DNA of 64,000 nucleotides from an uncultured Spirochaetales bacterium (GTDB lineage Bacteria; Spirochaetota; Spirochaetia; Sphaerochaetales; Sphaerochaetaceae): NCBI GenBank assembly GCA_944393005.1, contig CALXYO010000003.1, positions 103,740 to 167,739 of the forward strand, read 5' to 3'. Shown piece by piece: positions 57,821 to 64,000 of this stretch (position 1 is its first letter; each line of letters starts with the position of its first letter). The notes under the pieces were generated by a model. It saw only the letters and a program-made list of their open reading frames with translations, ran no database searches and was not told where the DNA came from. The position numbers and the translations under genes were made by a program.

Positions 57821-58705
57821 ATGTACGAAGAAGAGATGAAGAAGGCGGATGTGCTGATAGAGGCCATCCCGTATATGAGGAAATTCAGCGGAACCATCGT
57901 CGTAGTCAAATACGGCGGATCCGCCATGGTAGATGAGAGACTGAAGAAATCTGTCATCAAGGATATTGCGCTTCTGAAGTTCATCGGGCTGAAACCCGTC
58001 ATTGTCCACGGTGGCGGCAAGGAGATAACAGGCCTTCTTGACAGGCTCGGAAAGAAGACTGAGTTCATAGACGGGCTGAGGGTCACCGATAAGGAGACGG
58101 CTTCAGTTGCCGAGATGGTTCTCTCCGGCTCGATCGGCAAAAGCCTTGTGGAAAGTCTCGAGGCGGTCGGAATACCCTCCTGCGGCATAAACGGCAAGGA
58201 CGGTCATACCCTCTGTGCGAAGAAGAAGGTTTTCGAAAACGGTCTCGACATAGGTTTCGTAGGTGAGATCGAGAATGTGAATATATCGCTGGTGGGGACT
58301 CTTATTGACTCGGGATATGTGCCGGTCATAAGTCCGATAGGCGTGGATGCATATTCCCAGACATACAACATCAATGCGGATTATGCGGCAAGTGCCATAG
58401 CCGGTGCGCTGGGTGCCCAGAAGCTTGTGTTCATGACGGATGTGGAGGGAATTCTCAAGGACAAGGATGATCCATCCTCGATAATACGCCGCATGAACGT
58501 GTCAGAGGCAAAGGAACTTATCGCCGACGGTGTCATAAGCGGCGGAATGATCCCGAAGACCGAATGCTGCATAGATGCTCTCAGACGGGGAGTGAAGACT
58601 GTTCACGTGCTTGACGGCAGACTTCCTCATTCAATCCTGCTTGAGATTTTCACTGCCAGAGGTATCGGAACAATGGTCGTTCAGGAAAAGGAGGAAAGAG
58701 AATGA
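57821..58705 (+). CDS. argB: Acetylglutamate kinase
   Basis: VVKYGG, VHGGG, GLRVTD, NINAD, GGMIPK. Confidence 0.95.
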   Translation: MYEEEMKKADVLIEAIPYMRKFSGTIVVVKYGGSAMVDERLKKSVIKDIALLKFIGLKPVIVHGGGKEITGLLDRLGKKTEFIDGLRVTDKETASVAEMVLSGSIGKSLVESLEAVGIPSCGINGKDGHTLCAKKKVFENGLDIGFVGEIENVNISLVGTLIDSGYVPVISPIGVDAYSQTYNINADYAASAIAGALGAQKLVFMTDVEGILKDKDDPSSIIRRMNVSEAKELIADGVISGGMIPKTECCIDALRRGVKTVHVLDGRLPHSILLEIFTARGIGTMVVQEKEERE

Positions 58706-59883
58706 CAAACGCTGAAGTCATAGCACTCGGAAAGGAAAACTATATGAAAAACTATTCCCAGTTTCCGCTTGCCATAAAAGGTGGAAAGGGGATGTATCTT
58801 TTTGATGAGGACGGTAAAAGCTATCTTGATTTTGTTGCCGGCATTGCCGTCAATGCCCTGGGGTACGGCGATGAGGATGAGAAGAAAGCCCTGCTGGAAG
58901 TCTTGGACAGCGGAGTGCTTCACACTTCAAATCTTTATTACAACAGCAAGGCGGTTCAGGCCGCGAAGCTTATCAATGAAATCGCGGGATCCTCACAGGT
59001 CTTTTTCTGCAACAGCGGCGCGGAGGCGAATGAGGCCGCGATTAAAATGGCAAGGAAGAGAGGCAGTGCGAAAGGAAAGAGCACAGTCATCTCATTCAAC
59101 CATTCATTCCACGGCAGGACGTACGGTGCAGTGACCATTACAGGTCAGGATAAATACCACAAGGGTTTTTCTCCGATGCTTCCCGATGTCGTCTATGCTG
59201 ATTTCAACGATATTGACTCAGTCAGAAAGCTCATGAATGACAGAGTTGCCGCAGTCATTGTCGAACCTCTGCAGGGAGAGGGAGGGATAATACCCGCAGA
59301 TGCGGGATTCCTCTCTGCACTGCGCAGCCTGTGCGATGAGTATGACGCGCTTCTTGTTTTTGACGAAGTACAGTGCGGTATGGGAAGGACGGGAAAGCCT
59401 TTCTGCTTCCAGAATTATTCCGTCACCCCTGACATAATGACACTTGCCAAGGCGATAGGAGGAGGTCTTCCTCTCGGTGCGGCTGTCGCTTTTGAAAAGG
59501 CAGTGGACATATTCTCGCCCGGCGATCATGCCGCGACATTCGGCGGCAATGTGGCTTCCTGTGCTCTTGCCTGTGTGGTGCTCTCAAAGCTGGAGGCGCT
59601 TTCCGGTAACGCAAGAGTGAACGGAATGTATCTGAAAGAGAAGCTGGAGGAGATTGCCGGCAAATATCCTGACAAGGTGACCCAGGCACGGGGCATGGGC
59701 TTCATGCAGGGGCTTGAGCTGAAGGTTCCGGTAAAGGATGTTGTCCTGCAGTGTATGGAAAAAGGCCTGCTTGTATGTTCTGCCGGTGCCAATGTGCTGC
59801 GTTTCGTTCCGCCCCTCATTGCATCGGCGGATGATATTGACAAGGCTGCATCAATAGTCGCACAGGTCATGGGCGGGATGTGA
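58702..59883 (+). CDS. argD: Acetylornithine aminotransferase
   Basis: NSGAEANEAA, FHGRT, EPLQGEGG, DEVQCG, TLAKAIGGG, TFGGN. Confidence 0.93.
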   Translation: MTNAEVIALGKENYMKNYSQFPLAIKGGKGMYLFDEDGKSYLDFVAGIAVNALGYGDEDEKKALLEVLDSGVLHTSNLYYNSKAVQAAKLINEIAGSSQVFFCNSGAEANEAAIKMARKRGSAKGKSTVISFNHSFHGRTYGAVTITGQDKYHKGFSPMLPDVVYADFNDIDSVRKLMNDRVAAVIVEPLQGEGGIIPADAGFLSALRSLCDEYDALLVFDEVQCGMGRTGKPFCFQNYSVTPDIMTLAKAIGGGLPLGAAVAFEKAVDIFSPGDHAATFGGNVASCALACVVLSKLEALSGNARVNGMYLKEKLEEIAGKYPDKVTQARGMGFMQGLELKVPVKDVVLQCMEKGLLVCSAGANVLRFVPPLIASADDIDKAASIVAQVMGGM

Positions 59884-59993
59884 GGCATCTGATGCCACTT
59901 GACGAAGTTCTGCTTTTGGTGCAAACTCGTCAAATGTTGTGGATAACAGCAATTTATCTTTGACCTGTGGAGCAGGAAGGGGGTGATGAATAT

Positions 59994-60203
59994 ATGGCAT
60001 ACGTAAAAGTTGACGAGAATGAACCTTTGGAGAAATCGATCAAGAGATTCAAGAGAATGGTCGAGAAGGAAGGTATCATCCGCGAATGGAAAAAGCGTCA
60101 GTATTATGAAAAGCCCTCTACAATCCTTAACAGAAAGAATAAGGCTCTTGCACGCAAGCAGATGAAGAAGGTCCGCAAGATCCATGCTTCAAAAGCTTAT
60201 TGA
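59994..60203 (+). CDS. rpsU: 30S ribosomal protein S21
   Basis: IKRFKR, YYEKPS. Confidence 0.95.
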   Translation: MAYVKVDENEPLEKSIKRFKRMVEKEGIIREWKKRQYYEKPSTILNRKNKALARKQMKKVRKIHASKAY

Positions 60204-60221
60204 GCTTAACTGATGTTTTTG

Positions 60222-60250
60222 ACCGCTGACTTCTGTCAGCGGTATTTTTT
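60222..60250 (+). terminator. Intrinsic terminator after rpsU
   Basis: ACCGCTGAC-ttct-GTCAGCGGT plus a T tract. Confidence 0.8.
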
Positions 60251-60289
60251 TGCAAAAAAGAGATGAAAAATCCGGGTATTCCGCTGTAC

Positions 60290-60739
60290 TCAGATTTTGA
60301 CATTCTCCAGTGCCATGAGTTTTTCGATTCTTCTTGTGTGGCGTCCGCCTTCAAAGTCAGCATTTATGAAGGCATCCAGCATATCCTCAATGCTGTCACG
60401 GTAATCCATCCTTCCTCCGAAGGCGATGAAAGAGGGATTGTTGTGTCTTTTTGTCATCTCAGCTGAATACTTATCGCAGACAAGGGCACACCTTATTCCC
60501 CTTATCTTGTTGGCAGCCATGCTTATGCCGATTCCTGTCCCGCAGCATACGACACCGAATTCATAGCCTCCTTTCAGGTATTCAAGACATGCCTCCTCTG
60601 CCTTGTCGGGGTAGTCAACGGATTCCTCTGTTGCTGTACCGAGATATGTGACTTCATATCCTCTGTTTTCAAGATGCCTTACTATTCTCTGTGCAAGTTC
60701 TACTGCACCGTGATCATTCGCAACAACGACTTTAGCCAT
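60290..60739 (-). CDS. rpiB: Ribose-5-phosphate isomerase B
   Basis: ANDHG, VDYPD, CCGTGIG, ANKIRG, HN, FEGGRH. Confidence 0.93.
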   Translation of the reverse strand: MAKVVVANDHGAVELAQRIVRHLENRGYEVTYLGTATEESVDYPDKAEEACLEYLKGGYEFGVVCCGTGIGISMAANKIRGIRCALVCDKYSAEMTKRHNNPSFIAFGGRMDYRDSIEDMLDAFINADFEGGRHTRRIEKLMALENVKI

Positions 60740-60797
60740 TCTATATCCTTGAGTTTTGATTTCACTCAGTTTAACATAAGATGTACAGGAAGAAAAC

Positions 60798-62426
60798 ATG
60801 GCACAGATTTATGTAAGCGGACACCGCAATCCCGATATGGACTCAATTGCCTCTGCAATTGCATACTCAAGACTCAAGAATATTCTGGACGGTGAGAACC
60901 AGTATGTTCCAATAGCACTGGGACCTCTCAACGTACAGTCAAAGGCGGTTCTTGAAGGACTCGGCATTCCTTCTCCGCTTTTTGTGAAGGATGTCTTCAG
61001 CCGCGTGTGTTCCGTATACAGGAAGCCCACCATGGTTCTTGATCCGGATGATCCTGTGTATGAACTGGTGAATATGTATAATCAGAACAATCCTTCCGTC
61101 GTCACAATAATGGACGGTGATGAGTTCCGCGGACTTCTGTCAATTGATGAGATCAACCGTTATTTCCTCAGGGAAAACACCGGACAGAGGCCTGTCTATG
61201 ACATCCTCCTCAGGAACATTCCACGTGTCATCAAAGGGTTTTTCCTCAAAAAAGGCGGACAGGAGATGATTCATGCCGCGATCATGGTCGGGGCAATGGA
61301 CTACAAGGTTTTCTGCCGCCGTCTGTCTGAATGCGGGACGAAGCCAGTGCTTGTGGTCGGGAACAGGCTTGACCATATAAAAGCCGCACTTGATGCCGGA
61401 CTTCCCGGCCTGATCCTGACAGGGATGAGTGAAGACGGACTCCAGCAGATCGATCTGAGTCGTTACAATGGATTTGTCTACGTCTCCCATGAGGATACCG
61501 CAGAAACAATAAGGCTTCTGCGTCTTTCCGTTGCTGTCGATACACTGCTGGTGCATAAGAATACGGTCAGGATAACTGATGACATGCTTTTCGAAACCGC
61601 CAAGGGAATTCTTGCAGAGAGTGAGGAGAGGGGACTTCCTGTATTTTCCCATCTGACAGATGAGTACATAGGTTTCATCACGAGGCGGTGCTTTCTCAAC
61701 ATGCCGAGACAGAAGATAATCATGGTGGACCACAATGAGGCAATGCAGTCTGTTCCAGGACTCGAGGATGCCGAGATAGTGGAAATCCTTGACCATCACA
61801 GGCTGGATGCACCGAAGACACGCAATCCGATTTCCATAATTGCCTCTCCTGTGGGCTCGACATGCACGATTGTCTATGATCTTTACCAGAGACACAGTGC
61901 TGATCTTGACGAGCCTACCGCAAGACTCCTGCTTGCAGGCATCTCTTCTGATACCGTGATGCTGAAAAGCCCCACGGCAACTTCTCTTGACATGCATGCG
62001 GTCAGCGAGATCTGTTCGGCCTTCAGCATTGACTATGATGCATTCTGCAGGGAGCTTTTCTCAAACGGCTCGTCGCTGTCTTCCCTTGATCCTGCAAAGG
62101 CCGTGTCTTCCGATTTCAAGATATACAGCGAGTGTGCGGTGCGTTTCGGCATCGGACAGGTTGAAGTCACGACATTCTCTGACCTGAGTGATGTAAGGGA
62201 CAGGTATCTTGCTGCCCTTGAGAGTCTGAAGAAAGCTGAGAAACTTGAGTGGACGATGCTGCTTGTCACGAATGTGATGAGCGAGGAGTCAATGCTGATC
62301 GCCACTGAGTACAAGAAAAACTACAAGCTGCTGTATGAGGAAAGGGAGAAGGGTGTGTATTACCTTCCCGGGGTGCTTTCAAGAAAGAAGCAGCTGCTTC
62401 CCGAGATCATAAGAGTCCTTTCCTAG
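60798..62426 (+). CDS. Mn-dependent family II inorganic pyrophosphatase with CBS/DRTGG insert
   Basis: GHRNPDMDS, VDHNE, LDHHRL, SDT, DFK, SRKKQL; internal insert of about 230 aa. Confidence 0.88.
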   Translation: MAQIYVSGHRNPDMDSIASAIAYSRLKNILDGENQYVPIALGPLNVQSKAVLEGLGIPSPLFVKDVFSRVCSVYRKPTMVLDPDDPVYELVNMYNQNNPSVVTIMDGDEFRGLLSIDEINRYFLRENTGQRPVYDILLRNIPRVIKGFFLKKGGQEMIHAAIMVGAMDYKVFCRRLSECGTKPVLVVGNRLDHIKAALDAGLPGLILTGMSEDGLQQIDLSRYNGFVYVSHEDTAETIRLLRLSVAVDTLLVHKNTVRITDDMLFETAKGILAESEERGLPVFSHLTDEYIGFITRRCFLNMPRQKIIMVDHNEAMQSVPGLEDAEIVEILDHHRLDAPKTRNPISIIASPVGSTCTIVYDLYQRHSADLDEPTARLLLAGISSDTVMLKSPTATSLDMHAVSEICSAFSIDYDAFCRELFSNGSSLSSLDPAKAVSSDFKIYSECAVRFGIGQVEVTTFSDLSDVRDRYLAALESLKKAEKLEWTMLLVTNVMSEESMLIATEYKKNYKLLYEEREKGVYYLPGVLSRKKQLLPEIIRVLS

Positions 62427-64000
62427 TCGATACCCTGGATTTTTATTATCGTCGGGAGCTGTCTGATCGATGTGAGCATCTTCCTCATTTCTATCTCGTT
62501 GTTGGCACTGACCGTGAAGGTTCCTGAAAGACCTTCCGGACATACATCAAGAGAACCTGCAATGAGACGACCGTTGTATTTCTTGACGGCTCCGTCGATT
62601 TCACCGAAAAGCTCTGCATTCATTTTCGCAGTGACCTTGAAGCGGCGCACAAGTTCATGGCTGTCCCATTCGACAGGCACAAGACGTTTGTCCGCTTCCG
62701 CCATGTTTGCAAGGTTCTTACAGTCCTTGCGGTGTATAACATAGCCGCGTCCTCTGGTGACATAGGCTACAATGTCATCCCCGTATACCGGATTGCAGCA
62801 TTTCGCGAAGTCGAAGAGAATGTTGCTGTTGTTGTTTATGATGACTGTGGAGCTTGATTTTTCCGTGGGAATGAACTTGATGCCCTGCATCAGAGGAATG
62901 ATCGGCTTGAGCGGCTGTGCCTGTTCAGCCGGTTTCTCATCCTTCTTCTTCTCATTCTGTGCCGGCTGTACATTCTGGTTCTTGTTCAGCCATGCCATGA
63001 TCTTCTTCCTTGCGGAAGAGGTCTTGGCCATTTCCAGCCATTCATGATGGGGGTGGGCGGAAGGGGATGTGAGAATCTCGACAACCTGGGTGTTTCCAAG
63101 CGGCTTGCTTAATGGAATGATCGAACCGTCCGCCTTCGCACCGGTTGTATGCACACCGATTTCAGTGTGGATCTTGAAGGCGAAATCCAGTGCGGTCGCA
63201 CCTACCGGCAGTTCGATGACCCTTCCCTGAGGAGTGAAGACGACGATGGAATCCTTCAGCAGCTCGTTCTTGATTTCATCCATGTAGTCTTCGTTCTGCT
63301 CGATTTCCTTTGACCAGTTCTTTATCTTGTTGATGATCTTCTGGTAGTTTACGCTGTCATAATTCTTCCATGTTCCGGACTCGGAACCGGTTGAGGCTTT
63401 GTATGACCAGTGGGCGGCAACACCTTCCTCTGCCGTCTTGTCCATTTCCCTTGTCCTGATCTGGATTTCAAGATGCTTGTTGTTCGGACCGAGAACAGTT
63501 GTATGGAGACTCTGGTAATTGTTGGTCTTCGGCATTGCGATGTAGTCTTTGAACCTGCCTTCGATCGGAGGCCATGTCTGGTGGATTATGCCGAGGATAG
63601 TATAGCATTCGCTGACAGTGTCGCAGATGACACGCACACCGAGAACATCGAAGATCTCGTCGATTTCCTTTTTCCTGCGCTTGATTTTCAGATATACCGA
63701 ATAGACATGCTTCACCCGTCCTTTCACCGATACATTTGTGATCCCTGCCTTCGCACATGCAAGGAGGATGGTTTTCTGCACGCTTTTGATATAGGCATTG
63801 TACTCTCCTTTCTTCGAGAGGAGAAAATCGGAAATATACTGGTAGGTGTCCGGTTTGAGTGTCTTCAGTGAAAGATCCTCAAGCTCTGTCTTCATCCATG
63901 AGATTCCGAGGTTGCCGGCAAGAGGTGCAAAGATGTCCAGACAGTCCTGGGCGATTTCCTTCTGCCTCTGCGGGGCGAGGGATGACAGCGTCCTCATATT
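62423..64000 (-). CDS. relA: Long RelA/SpoT homologue (5' end outside the window)
   Basis: NMRTL, GRVKH, FDVLGVR, FKDYIAMPK, YQSLHT, EIQIRT, TGS (DFAFKIH), CC and ACT domains. Confidence 0.92.
   Translation of the reverse strand, partial: NMRTLSSLAPQRQKEIAQDCLDIFAPLAGNLGISWMKTELEDLSLKTLKPDTYQYISDFLLSKKGEYNAYIKSVQKTILLACAKAGITNVSVKGRVKHVYSVYLKIKRRKKEIDEIFDVLGVRVICDTVSECYTILGIIHQTWPPIEGRFKDYIAMPKTNNYQSLHTTVLGPNNKHLEIQIRTREMDKTAEEGVAAHWSYKASTGSESGTWKNYDSVNYQKIINKIKNWSKEIEQNEDYMDEIKNELLKDSIVVFTPQGRVIELPVGATALDFAFKIHTEIGVHTTGAKADGSIIPLSKPLGNTQVVEILTSPSAHPHHEWLEMAKTSSARKKIMAWLNKNQNVQPAQNEKKKDEKPAEQAQPLKPIIPLMQGIKFIPTEKSSSTVIINNNSNILFDFAKCCNPVYGDDIVAYVTRGRGYVIHRKDCKNLANMAEADKRLVPVEWDSHELVRRFKVTAKMNAELFGEIDGAVKKYNGRLIAGSLDVCPEGLSGTFTVSANNEIEMRKMLTSIRQLPTIIKIQGID

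Noticed and set aside
1-64000. CRISPR array, cas genes, tRNA, rRNA, integron cassettes
   Set aside because: No regularly spaced repeats, cloverleaf or rRNA-like tracts were seen; the intergenic gaps are short and accounted for

Overview
Bacterial chromosome segment, most likely a gut-type spirochaete (Sphaerochaetaceae-like). This is inferred from the spirochaete-style RpsU ([34 protein letters not shown]) and the FAGGSQE/FANGSSE-type solute-binding-protein leaders. Most of the window is ordinary metabolism and transport: a GH65 phosphorylase/beta-PGM sugar cluster, BioY ECF transporter, two MATE pumps, rlmD, a polar amino-acid ABC transporter, a YhhQ + QueL-like queuine salvage pair, a second sugar ABC cluster, cyclase/LacI/TRAP, a short UvrA paralogue, an ABC exporter, a two-component system, fhs, argCJBD, rpsU, rpiB, a CBS-type pyrophosphatase and a partial RelA/SpoT. 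The main discovery is a 2492-bp IS200/IS605-family element (40872-43363, minus strand) that I delimited to the nucleotide. Removing it rejoins a split GNAT gene in frame, and both ends obey the Y1-transposase guide/cleavage pairing rules. It has no tnpA. An alpha/beta-hydrolase passenger sits where tnpA normally lies, and a toxin-less RelB/DinJ-like gene sits 10 bp upstream of a pseudogenised tnpB whose omega-RNA region still looks structured. Nearby accessory DNA holds a DUF5678-like/retropepsin pair with a 1-nt frameshift, a decayed BrnT/BrnA module, an IS1182 fragment and an AT-rich HAD fusion gene. I found no CRISPR array, tRNA or rRNA. All family assignments come from motif recognition by eye; no searches were run.
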